Made by a program: the position numbers and the translations under genes. Shown piece after piece: positions 53,200 to 64,000 of a stretch of DNA of 64,000 nucleotides. The first letter of the stretch is position 1, and every line of letters begins with the position of its first letter. The stretch is from Eledone cirrhosa. Its lineage: Eukaryota. The notes beneath the pieces were generated by a model. It did no database searches. It saw only the letters and a program-made list of their open reading frames with translations, and was not told where the DNA came from. The stretch covers positions 90,086,001-90,150,000 of the forward strand of contig OZ024747.1 in assembly GCA_964016885.1 (NCBI GenBank), written 5' to 3'.

Positions 53200-53205
<6 letters not shown>

Positions 53206-54007
53206 CCTGCATACGAACAGCAATGTTACATGGCAGTGAGACCTGGGCATTGTGTGCAGAGGATATACGCAGACTGGAGAGGAACGAAGCTTGCATGCTC
53301 CGCTGGATGTGTAATAGTAATATACGTGAACGGCAAAGCATAAACGAACTAAGGGAAAAATTAGAAATAAGAGGGGTCAGATGTTGTTTACTCGAGAGAA
53401 GACTACGTTGGTATGGTCACGTGATGCGCATGAAAGACGACAGCTGTATAAAAAAGCGCAGGGCAATAAAAATAGACGGTAGCCACGGAGTAGGCAGACC
53501 CAGAAAAACCTGGGACGACTTGATAAATTCCGACCTCACACACACCTCTCCAAGACAATGTCAGTGGACCGATATCTTTGGCGCTACACAGTAATACAGA
53601 AGACCCGCCTTACCTAAGTACAAAGTGAAACCAACTACAGTCAGTAAGCACCTCTAACAAAATACACCCCGTCCCACTACCCCCACCCCATCCACACCAC
53701 CCCTTTCAATGTAAAGTTATGTTGGTACCACAACATCCAGTCCGAAACAAATGAGGTCGTGTAGGTGTCACAACAAAAAAACACACAGTCCACGCTGTAA
53801 TGTGGCCGTGTAGGTAACACGGTAAAAACCTCCCAGTTCCACACTGTAAATGTGGTTGGTGTTAGGAAGGGCATCCAGCCGTAGAAAACCCGCCAGACAG
53901 TCCTATGCGAGCAAGACAACCACCCTTGCCTCAAGTGGGAAAACTCCCGTCCAAACCCATGCAAGCGTGGAAGATGGACGTTAAATGATGATGATGATGA
54001 TGATGAT
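53200..54007 (+). mobile_element. 5'-truncated RTE LINE (same subfamily as 62032)
   Basis: [16 protein letters not shown]…RWYGH; 3' UTR with 48-bp units and (GAT)n. Confidence 0.9.
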
Positions 54008-54217
54008 ATACTCTTTTTACAAAACTGTTTTTTATTTCCATTTCAGGTAGATGTGCTCCATCATCCACTTTTTTCAAAAACAAATCATACACAAAACGCC
54101 AGCACCAACAGTTTTGCAAGAGATGTCAACATGAATGGACCTGTTATTTTTTATCTAAAGACATTTTTTCCAATTCCATCACGCCCGTCCCCTCAATCTA
54201 TCTTATTTCTTATTCTT

Positions 54218-54253
54218 TCTTCTGATTAAGGAGTAGCGTCCGAAACGTTAAGA
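54218..54253 (+). ncRNA. Minimal hammerhead-like motif (G8 mutated) in a Penelope-type terminal repeat
   Basis: TCTT-CTGATTA-AGGA…TCC-GAAACGTT|AAGA with palindromic AACGTT stem III. Confidence 0.55.
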
Positions 54254-54355
54254 CCCTCTTCCTGCTATATCAAGTGTTAACCTAATATATCCCTTCCATA
54301 TACTGTACTGATTGTCTTGTTATTTCTGTTTACCTTATACATATATATATATATA

Positions 54356-55240
54356 TATATGAAATATAAGAATCAAAGAACTGTTCAAAACATTTTTATG
54401 CTTACAACTGTTTCCTCCAAACCGAGGTTTGGATTCTTCGGAGCAATTTATTAATGAATGAACACTTATATGACCTCCTTTTCACCCAAGAGACATACAT
54501 ATACATATGCAAATATTGTGGGTCAACATTCATTACAGCATTTAGAGTGGCAGTACACACTTATAGATTACATTCATATTAAAAGATACAATAAAAAATA
54601 CAGGTTAAAATACAACATGAAAATAAGCGGTTATATAGTGCAAAGGTTATATGTATGGCAAGCACGTGCGTCTTGTTTATATAGTGTGGCAGAGAGTTAC
54701 ATGTAGTAGAAGCACTTAAGTAGGTAAACAATAGTGTTAGGTTGGTTGATCTGGTGACAAATTCTTTATATGATTGTTATAGTCTGTGTGTGGAGAAATA
54801 ATATAAGCATTAAAAATAGTGCAAGCATTAAAAATATTCGAAATGCGCAGCAAAGGGATGATATGGACTTCATGTACTTCGACATTTTCATAGTCTGGGG
54901 AGTGTATTTTTCAGATTATATGCTCCTCACATAATCCACGACGATTCGATATTGAGCGTTTGACAATCCAGTTAGAGAATCGTAGTCTGATGTTCTTTAG
55001 TTCAATACAGGAGGATGTTACATTTCGAGAATCGACATCGAAATACTACCTGAAATACTACCTCGGTTTGGAGGAAACAGTTGTAAGCATAAAAATGTTT
55101 TGAACAGTTCTTTGATTCTTATATTTCATATAACTGCTCTGTAAATCATCTGATGTTTTTACATTGAGCTACTTAACTTACTGCTAATAAGGTAGTAATA
55201 TATCACTGCCTACCACTATTTAGGGTTTGTATAAAAATAT
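54356..55240. mobile_element. Penelope-like element with a 73-bp perfect inverted repeat
   Basis: Arms at 54356-54428 and 55060-55132, plus a right-side extension. Confidence 0.75.
54399..54445 (-). ncRNA. Type I hammerhead ribozyme-like motif (CCGA variant)
   Basis: TGCT-CCGAAGA-A-TCCAAACC-TC-GGTTTGGA-G-GAAAC-AGTT-GTA|AGCA. Confidence 0.7.
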
Positions 55241-55440
55241 ATATAACTGCAAAAGGTTTTTGTATTTACATAACCATAAATAGTATAATTAATACTATAT
55301 ATATATATGTATATATACATATATAATAGTAATGAGTATAACCGAAGGTGCAGCTGCAATATAATATATCTTCAGTATATTTATTATATATATATATATA
55401 TAAATATTTATATATATATGTGTGTGTGTGTATATATATA

Positions 55441-55515
<75 letters not shown>

Positions 55516-55559
55516 CATGTATATATATATATCTATATAAATATATATATATATGTATT

Positions 55560-56795
55560 AAATACTACAGACAGAAATCTGGGACTGCCATGGGCACGAA
55601 AGTAGCCCCCTCATTCGCCAACCTTGTCATGGGATATTTGGAAACCACTCTCTACCGCAAAGTTCTAGACAAATACGGCAAACACTTCTACCTACACATA
55701 GAAAAGAACTGGAAGATATATCTGGACGACTGCTTCATCCTCTGGCATGAAAGTATAGAAAGACTGATTGAGTTGAAAACCCTTCTAAGTGAACTCAGCA
55801 CAAACTTACAATTCACAATGGATTACAGCCATGAACAACTCCCTTTCCTCGACATCCTCATCAAGAAAAAAAACAACAAACTAGAAACAGACATATACTA
55901 CAAACCCACAGACTCCAAACAATACCTTCCATTTAACTCGTGCCACCCTCGACATACCAAAATGGCAATTCCTTATAACCTAGCCAGAAGGATCTGCACA
56001 ATAGTTTCAGATAAATACACATGCTACACACGACTAGAAGAATTAAAAAACACACTTATCAGCAGAAACTACCCACGATTCCAACGTGCCCTAAAACTCG
56101 GCATCCAGGAACTCAGACACCCCAAACCCAGGAATGAACCGCAACAGAAAACTTTACCATACATCTCCACACACAACCCCCTCAACAATGAGGCATTCGA
56201 CACCATCCTCCAGAACATTCCTTTACTAAAAAGAGACCCAAGAATTAACAAAATCCTCCAAACACACAACATCATAACGAGCAAAAGACAACCTAAATCC
56301 ATAAAAAACATCCTCACACAAGCCAAAATCCAACCAACCCTCACAATGAACTCTACAGTAACAAAATGCGGAAGGCCCAACTGTGGCATATGCATAAATC
56401 TAATAGAAGGTTCAACATACCATTTTAAACAAGGACAACATTTCACAGTTAAACACAACTTTACATGTGCATCTGAAACCCTAATCTATGTTTTAACCTG
56501 CTCAGGTTGTCAAGAGCACTACATAGGACAGACAAAAAACAGCCTCCGACAATGTATGACCGTCCATAAATCACAAATCAAAATACAGGAATACAGAAAG
56601 ATTGTGTTTGGTGAACATATCGCCAATTGTGCACCCAACCAACATCCAAACTTTAAAATTTTCCCCATTTACAAATTCATAGACAACGCTACTTTCATCC
56701 ATCGTACCAATAAGGAAACGTATTTCATTAACAAATTCCAACCTCTACTTAATGCACTAAACTTCGGACTAAACAAAAACTGGAACGAACAATGA
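55560..56795 (+). mobile_element. Penelope-like element (Neptune-type) ORF: RT C-half, Cys linker and GIY-YIG endonuclease; 5'-truncated
   Basis: [56 protein letters not shown]. The upstream part of the listed ORF is (TA)n. Confidence 0.92.
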
Positions 56796-57216
56796 ACCAA
56801 ATCCAAATACCTATGTCTCTCTAAAGAGTTACCTCCCTAACACCCTACCTAATCCTTTTTCTTATATAAATTAAATACCATCCATCATTTCTCTCCCACC
56901 CTGAATTACCTCCCCCTGCATATTAACTCTCTAAAAAGGGAAATCATATCAAACCCCAGACCACCATTTGCCTCCATCATGGATCAACTAAGCACACTTG
57001 CTATATTAACACATTTTGATCTGCTTATCTTCAAGAACTATGCCTGTAAATAATATTATTTTTTCTTTTACATTGCCTTATTATGTTCCACATTATGCCC
57101 CCCCCCCCTTTTTTTTCTTTTTTCTTTTCACTTCTTGTTTGTAAATAACATTATTCTTTCTGCACCATTTCCTTAACATGCTCAACACCACCATTCTACA
57201 CCAATACATATTATTA

Positions 57217-57256
57217 TCATTTGATAATGCATAAAAATGTTGAAACCGGTAATAGA
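57217..57256 (+). ncRNA. Degenerate hammerhead motif in the 3' region of the Penelope element
   Basis: TTGATAA (for CTGATGA), stem II GCAT/ATGT, then GAAACCGGTA with palindromic ACCGGT. Confidence 0.5.
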
Positions 57257-57487
57257 CAATTATTAAATATATAAATAAATAAATAAATGCCATTGTTAAT
57301 TAATAAATAAATAAACTAATACCTTAACACTTCACACAAAGTAAAATATTTCGTTTTAATCATTTTCTAAACCAGAAGAAAGAGAGAAAAAAATAAAAAG
57401 GAAAAAAAAAAATTTTTCTTCCTAATAATCATCTTTTTCTCCCTGTTTTCATATATTCAGGACTCTGGCTTTACTGTAGCACCGACT

Positions 57488-57828
57488 CAGAATGCTGAGG
57501 ATGGCTCTGAACATTAATCAGTATACACTGAGGATGTAAAACTCACAGCTGTATGGGAGCCTCCCAAAAATCAGCTCAAAAGTGACACAGAGAAGACTGA
57601 GGTTAGCTGGACATGCTCACCAACATCCAGAGTTGACATTGCACTCAGTGCTCCTGTGGGAGCCCCTACATGGACACACTGGAAGAGGAAGACCAAGGTT
57701 AACGTATGTTGATGCCCTAGGGACAGACACTGGTCTGTTGGAGACGCAGGACATGGCAGCGATAATGAGGGACAGAGACCGCTGGAGAGAACTCGTCCAT
57801 GGATCTCGGGAATTTAACCCACCCTAGA
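57488..57828 (+). mobile_element. RTE-like LINE 3' fragment (uninverted copy of the 45472 family)
   Basis: RRLRLAGH…LWEP…GRGRPRLTY. Confidence 0.85.
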
Positions 57829-57849
57829 AAATATATATATACATATATA

Positions 57850-58100
57850 CAGGTTTAAGCCTGTCGACAGACTTTTTCTTGATTTCCGTTCATGTCTAGC
57901 AAAAAGTACTTGTCACTCTTTTTAAGAATGTTCAATGGTCCTTCATATGGTCTCTGAAGTGGGTGCCTGTGTGTCTCATATCTTACAGACACAAAATCTG
58001 ATGATGTGACATTATTTAGAACATAAGATAATGTGTTGCCATGAAACTCTGGTTCAGTTGGTTGTAAAGAGTGCATTGTCTTTTTCAACTGTTTCTAAAA
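57850..58100 (-). mobile_element. Ty3/Gypsy integrase C-terminal relic
   Basis: PLQRPYEGP (GPY/F module), then frameshifted VDRLKP. Confidence 0.7.
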
Positions 58101-59249
58101 AGAAGAATTTGGTTGAATAGAGTGAGATGGTGATGAGTGTAGAACTGTGATGGTTTCAGGTGAGTTAATTCCCCTTTTGTACTCTACGTGTGACAGGAAG
58201 TTGGGATTTATTTTTATTCATGGATTATTCTGGGGTGGGTCTCTGGTGTGGATCTCTGTGCCAAATTTGAAGATTTGCTGAGCTATGACAAAATCATTTC
58301 CAGACAAATTTCCAACCATGTTATATAGATAATAAGTTTACAACTCAAACAACATTTGCCACTCAAAGAGTCTGACTATAATCTCAGAAGAACCAAAAAC
58401 AGCTTTCTTCTCTATAATTGAATCTAACAGTACTCAGAGGTAAAATATATGTGAAGAGGTTGCAGTATTGTTCTGAAAGGACGCTACTTTCTTTCAGCCA
58501 ACTTGTATTGATAAACCAGCAATCCTACTTATGACAAAGAAATTATTTTAAGGTGACTCCTACTTGACTTTTCACTAGACACTGGAGTATACTGTACAGT
58601 AGAATATTAAAGCCATCTGATATCCAGACAGGTGGGATAATAATATGAATTGACAGCAGTCAATTTGTATTATCAATAGATAAGAGACATTAGATGTAAG
58701 GTTAAACTCTGAACTATTGACCATATAGTCTGCCACTGTATTGTGCATCTATGTAAGGCTTTGCTCTAGTTTATCTGACAGTAAATTATCAAGAAGCACC
58801 ATCCACAGGAAAAACAAATAGTTAATGCTTAATGTTGTGAGAAAAAATAAAATTAAGACTGTGAGGAGAGGAAAATATTAGCACAATACTTAAACATGTT
58901 TAAAATAAACAGAGATAACAACTCAGAATCTCAGTTAGTTAGAACTATATATGTGGTGCAGAATAATAAGACATTAGAATAAGGGTCAATCAAATCTTTG
59001 GCTTTTACAGAGGCAACTCCAAACATATTTCTATCTTATTACACCTACTCAGAGAAATTAAGCCTTTTACGTACTTGCCAGCATGGTGGTAATAAAAATA
59101 GTTCCACTCTCTACTTCATAGTTGAGTTGTTAGCTGAAGTGGGAACATAAGGATGTAAAAAATTGTTGCTCTAATGAAAGCCATCTTATCCAAGCATGCA
59201 TGGAAGAATATATATATGCTGTATAGTCCTGTAACACCTGATAGAGTCG

Positions 59250-61258
59250 TAGGGGTGTTGTATTGACATACGGTGTCTCTTGGACATTTAAACCTGGTAA
59301 CGGAAGGTGTTCACTATTTCTATAGAACCATCCGGGCAATAGAATGAGCTAGTATTCTGTGGGCATTTGCTGCTAATTATTGCAACTGGCTACATATACA
59401 ATCTATATTCTTAGTTAGCTTACCTGTGATCCCACTACATCTTTTATGCACCTATACTTTGCATTTGGGACATAAAATGGAGTTTCTGCCTACTCCTTTC
59501 CTACACACAGAGCATGGCATTTCCCAGATGGAACCAGTGCCCTATTCTCCTTCCTACATATTAGGACTTTAGTCTTAGACAAGTTAATTTTAAGGCCTTT
59601 TGATTCTAGGCCATGCTTCCATGTTTGGAATTTCTTCTCTAGTTCAGCCATTGATTCGGCTATGAATGCTAGATCATCTGCATATAGAAGTTCCCATGGG
59701 CAGCCGGTCTTGAACTCCTCCGTTATAGCTTGAAGGGTGATTATAAATAGGCGGGAGCTAAGGACGGAGCCCTGATGAACACCAACTTTTACGCTAAACT
59801 ATTCACTATATTCGTTGTTAATTCTAACCTTGCTGACTGTTTCTTTATACATGGCTTGTATAGCTCTCACAAGCCATTCATCTACACCTAGTTTTCTAAG
59901 AGCCCACCAGATAATGGAGCGGGAGACTCTGTCAAAGGCTTTTTCCATGTCTACAAAAGCTAAGTAGAGGGGTTTACTTTTAGCTAGGTATTTCTCCTGT
60001 AGTTGTCGTACAATGAAAAGAGCATCTGTGGTACTTTTACCTGATACAAACCCGAACTGCATTTCATCTAGATTAATTCGCTCTCTGATTAGTTGCGCTA
60101 TTACTTTTTCTGTGACCTTCATGACCTGGTCAATTAATTTAATGCCTCTGTAGTTTCCCCTATCTAGGGCATCACTTTTACCCTTGTAGCAGTTAATGAT
60201 GATGCTGCTACGCCAGTCCTTTGGTACAACCTTATTCTGTATAACTTGGTTTACTATCCGGGTGACCATAGTGTGTTCAACCGTTCCAGATGCTTTCAGC
60301 ATTTCAGCAACTATTTCCGAAGGCTCAGCTGCCTTGCCCGTCTTCATATCTTTGATTGTCTTACTTATTATACTACCTTCAACTTGCACTGCTGGTCCCT
60401 CTATTGGATTGATGTGGGGGAGGCTGTCTTTCTCCCATTTATTCTCCTTATTTAGAAGCCTTTTGTAGTGACACTTCCAAGCTACCTTCTTATCAGTGTC
60501 AGTGATGGCCAGTACACCATCATCATTACGGACACACTTCTCCCCGACAATATCACGGTTCTCCTTGACACATTCTCTAGCAATCCTGAACACCTCACAT
60601 TTTTGGTCCTCGCATTGTAGAACATGCTTGAACTTTCTTTCCTCTGCTACCCTTCTTGCGAAGTACACTTGTCTCCTAGCTTCCCTCCTGGCCACTTGAT
60701 AGTCTTCTCTACTTCCCCCATCCCGCCATACTTTCCAAGCCTGCTTTTTGGCCTTGATCGACTCCTCCACCTTACTGTTCCACCACCAAGTTACTCTCCT
60801 CCTGCCTATAGGTCTGCTCCAGACACAGATTTCATCTGTCGCCTTCAGCAGGTTAGCTTTCAGGAATTCCCACTGTTTCTCTATATTGTACGACTCTAAT
60901 TGCTCTTCTTTACTGTCAAAAGCATCAAGTAATATGCTTTTAAATTTATTACTGGCTGTGGGGTCCTTTAACTTCCATATTTTTCTCCTAAGTCCTCCTC
61001 TGTTGTTGAATACGTCTCGTCCTGACTATGAGGTCGCTAACTATGAGGCTATGTTGGGAGGTGCATTCTTCGTGGGGGAGGGATTTAGTGTTTACAACAG
61101 ACACTCTGTCTCGTCTTCTGGTAAGGATATAATCTATCTGACTGGCGTGTTCCCCTGATCTATAGGTGATCAAGTGATTGTCTCGTTTTTTGAAGTTTGT
61201 GTTACAGATAGTTAGATTATTTGCGTCACAGAATTCCAGGATTCTGGAGCCTTCCAGA
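59250..61258 (-). mobile_element. Degraded RTE LINE (APE end and RT), truncated at both ends
   Basis: NTNF…SQIDYIL…QHSL (APE); NYRGIKL, QFGF, FVDMEKAFD, HQGS, YADD. Confidence 0.92.
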
Positions 61259-61421
61259 ATGCATATATGTATATATAAATATATATATACATATGATGAT
61301 GATGATGATGATGATGATATATACATTATTTTCAAAATGGCTGACTGAAAACACGTGATTTTTCTGTTTCTTTCTCATCTCACTCTCTATCTTTCTACTT
61401 TATCATTTATTTCTCATTCTA

Positions 61422-61545
61422 TCTTCTGATGAAGGACTAGTGTTTGAAATATAATGACTCTTTTCCTACTATATCAAGCATCAAACTAATATATTTCTTC
61501 ATTGTACTGTGTTGTATGCTTTGTTGTTTTCATTTACCTTTTGCA
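61422..61545 (+). mobile_element. Penelope-type terminal repeat with a decayed hammerhead
   Basis: TCTT-CTGATGA-AGGA…GAAA; homologous to 54218-54340. Confidence 0.55.
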
Positions 61546-62031
61546 CATACATACATTAATGCATGCATTTAAATTCATCAGATTGTCAAATTTAATTTCA
61601 TTTACCTTTATGCACATACAGTTTACAATAAATTAAGAATCAATCGCTAAAGACTACATATTACATAACTAAGCATACTACATTCTATTGATAATAGGAT
61701 TTGTAACCAAGAAATTCAATTAATCTGTCTAATATATAACTAAACCATTTGCAAAGAGAATTCCTAAGTAAGAATTTCAACTTGATTTAACTGACTAGTG
61801 TTACACCACAATTCAAAAGACCTGCCAGTCCACAACATTGTGACACTAAAAGTAAATGTGGTGAGAGACTGGAGGCCACGGTGGTAGTAATTGAATAGAC
61901 ACAGTGTGGACAAGCATGTGATAACTACTGTAACATGCACCCTGTAAAGTACACCCTGTAAAGTATTAATGTTGGAACCATGATAAAAAATGCACCTAAT
62001 AAACCTTGTAAAGTGGTGAGAGACTAGTGAA

Positions 62032-63488
62032 GAGTTTAGCGTAAAAGTTGGTGTTCATCAGGGCTCTGTTCTTAGCCCCCTACTATTTATTATTGCCCTA
62101 CAGGTTATAACAGTGGAGTTCAAGACCGGCTGCCCATGGGAACTCCTATAAGCAGATGATCTAACGCTCATAGCTGAATCAATGGCCGAGCTAGAGAAGA
62201 AATTCCAAACATGGAAGCACGGCCTAGAATCAAAAGGCCTTAAAATTAACCTGGCTAAGACTAAAGTTCTAGTTTGTAGGAAAGAAAATAAGGCGCCGGT
62301 CCCTTCCGGGAAATGGCCATGTTCAGTGTGTAGGAAAGGCATAGGTAGAAACTCCATTTTATGTCCCAAATGCAAAGTATGGGTGCATAAAAGATGTAGT
62401 GGGATCACAGGTAAGCTAACTAAGAACATAGATTTTACATGTGGCCGGTGCTCTGGTGCAATAAGTAGCAGCAAGTGCCCACAAAATACTAGCTCTTTCA
62501 ATTGCGCAGAGGGTTCTATAGAAATAGTGGACAGCTTCCGTTACCTGGGTGACAAAATCAGCAGTGGGGGAGGGTGCTCTGAAAGTACAGTAGCTAGAGT
62601 CAGAACTGGATGGAAAAAGTTCAGAGAGCTTATACCACTATTAGCCGCTAAAGGGTTCTCCCTAAAAATGAAAGGCAGGCTGTATGATGCCTGCATACGA
62701 ACAGCAATGTTACATGGCAGTGAGACCTGGGCATTGTGTGCAGAGGATATACGCAGACTAGAGAGGAACGAAGCTTGCATGCTCCGCTGGATGTGTAATA
62801 GTAATATACACGAACGGCAAAGCAGAAACGAACTAAGGGAAAAATTAGAAATAAGAGGGATCAGATGTTGTTTAGTCGAGAGAAGGCTACGTTGGTATGG
62901 TCACGTGATGCGCATGAAAGACGACAGCTGTATAGAAAAGTGCAGGGCAATAAAGATAGACGGTAGCCACGGAGTAGGCAGACCCAGAAAAACGTGGGAC
63001 GACCTGATAAATTCCGACCTCACACACTTACACCTCTCCAAGACAATGTCACTGGACCGAGATCTTTGGCGGTACTCAGTAATAGAGAAGACCCGCCTTA
63101 CCTGAAATACAAAGTAAAACCTACTACAGTCAGTAGGCATCTCTAACAAAACACACCCCCGTCCCACCACCCCCACCCCATCCACACCGCCCCTTTCAAT
63201 GTAAAGTTATGTTGGTGCCACAACACCAGGCCGAAACAAATGAGATCGTGTAGGTGTCACGACAAAAAAACACATAGTCCACGCTGTAATGTGGTCGTGT
63301 AGGCAACACGGTAAAAACCTCCCAGCCCCACACTGTAAATGTGGTTGGTGTTAGGAAGGGCATCCAGCTATAGAAAACCCGCCAGACAGTACTATGCGAG
63401 CAAGACAACCACTCTTGCCTCAAGTGCGAAAACTCCCATCCAAACCCATGCAAGCGTGAACATGGACGTTAAACGATGATGATGATGA

Positions 63489-63491
<3 letters not shown>
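62032..63491 (+). mobile_element. 5'-truncated RTE LINE with 3' UTR
   Basis: RT motifs with a stop at the Y of YADD, PHD-like insert, ORF end at 63105, 48-bp units and (GAT)n. Confidence 0.93.
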
Positions 63492-63567
<76 letters not shown>

Positions 63568-63569
<2 letters not shown>

Positions 63570-63903
63570 CATATGGCTTAGTGGTTAGAGCATTGGTCTT
63601 GCAATCGAAAGGTTCTGAGTTCAATTTTTAGACTGGCTGATGTGTTGTTTCCTTGAGCAAGACACTTTATTTCACATTGCTCCAGTTTACTCAGCTGTAG
63701 AAATGAGATGATAAGGACTTGGGCCCCTATCTTTCCACTGTAAATTGGTCGTGGAGGTGCCACGGCAAAAAAGCACCCAGCACTCACTGTAAATGAGGTT
63801 GGTGTTAGGAAGGGCATCCAGCTGTAGAAATCAAGCCAGAATCAGTTCCCGTCCCACCCTTGCAAGCAGGGAAAAGTGGGTGTAAAATGAAATGATGAAA
63901 TGA

Positions 63904-63907
<4 letters not shown>
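63568..63907 (+). mobile_element. CORE-type SINE head joined to an RTE-type tail
   Basis: A box TGGCTTAGTGG, B box GAGTTCAAT, CORE-like block to 63710, then RTE tail motifs. Confidence 0.75.
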
Positions 63908-63960
<53 letters not shown>

Positions 63961-64000
63961 TTTTATTATGGCTAAATAGTGAGTCTTGTTATTCTGGAGT

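Noticed and set aside
54048-54226. Possible exon after TTTCCATTTCAG (GRCAPSSTFF…)
   Set aside because: No good donor, sandwiched between repeats, and no recognisable homology.
63568-63640. tRNA gene
   Set aside because: A and B boxes run directly into a CORE-like SINE body and there is no intact cloverleaf. The same applies to family A heads.

Overview
AT-rich, repeat-dense eukaryotic DNA. The mix of tRNA-derived SINEs, CORE-type SINEs, RTE LINEs, R4/Dong relics and long (TA)n tracts suggests a cephalopod (octopus-like) genome; this is inference only. I found no recognisable host protein-coding exon. All long ORFs are transposon remnants (RTE reverse transcriptases with an internal PHD-like finger, a Penelope/Neptune RT-GIY-YIG, CRE-, Vingi-, R4- and Gypsy-like fragments) or artefacts of micro/minisatellites. 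A CpG-retaining zone at ~34.7-38.7 kb contains adjacent ZNF143/Staf-like and ETS motifs (37103-37137) and looks like a bidirectional promoter, so both halves of the window are probably intronic. The most striking signal is a set of short fold-back elements built on type I hammerhead ribozyme (HHR) cores (25.2, 37.3, 37.7, 47.2, 54.4-55.2 kb). Their inversion points map to HHR stem II or to the predicted cleavage site. Related minimal HHRs lie at 54.2 kb, 61.4 kb and in the 3' region of the Penelope element (57.2 kb). All calls were made by eye, without database searches, and coordinates of degraded repeats are approximate.
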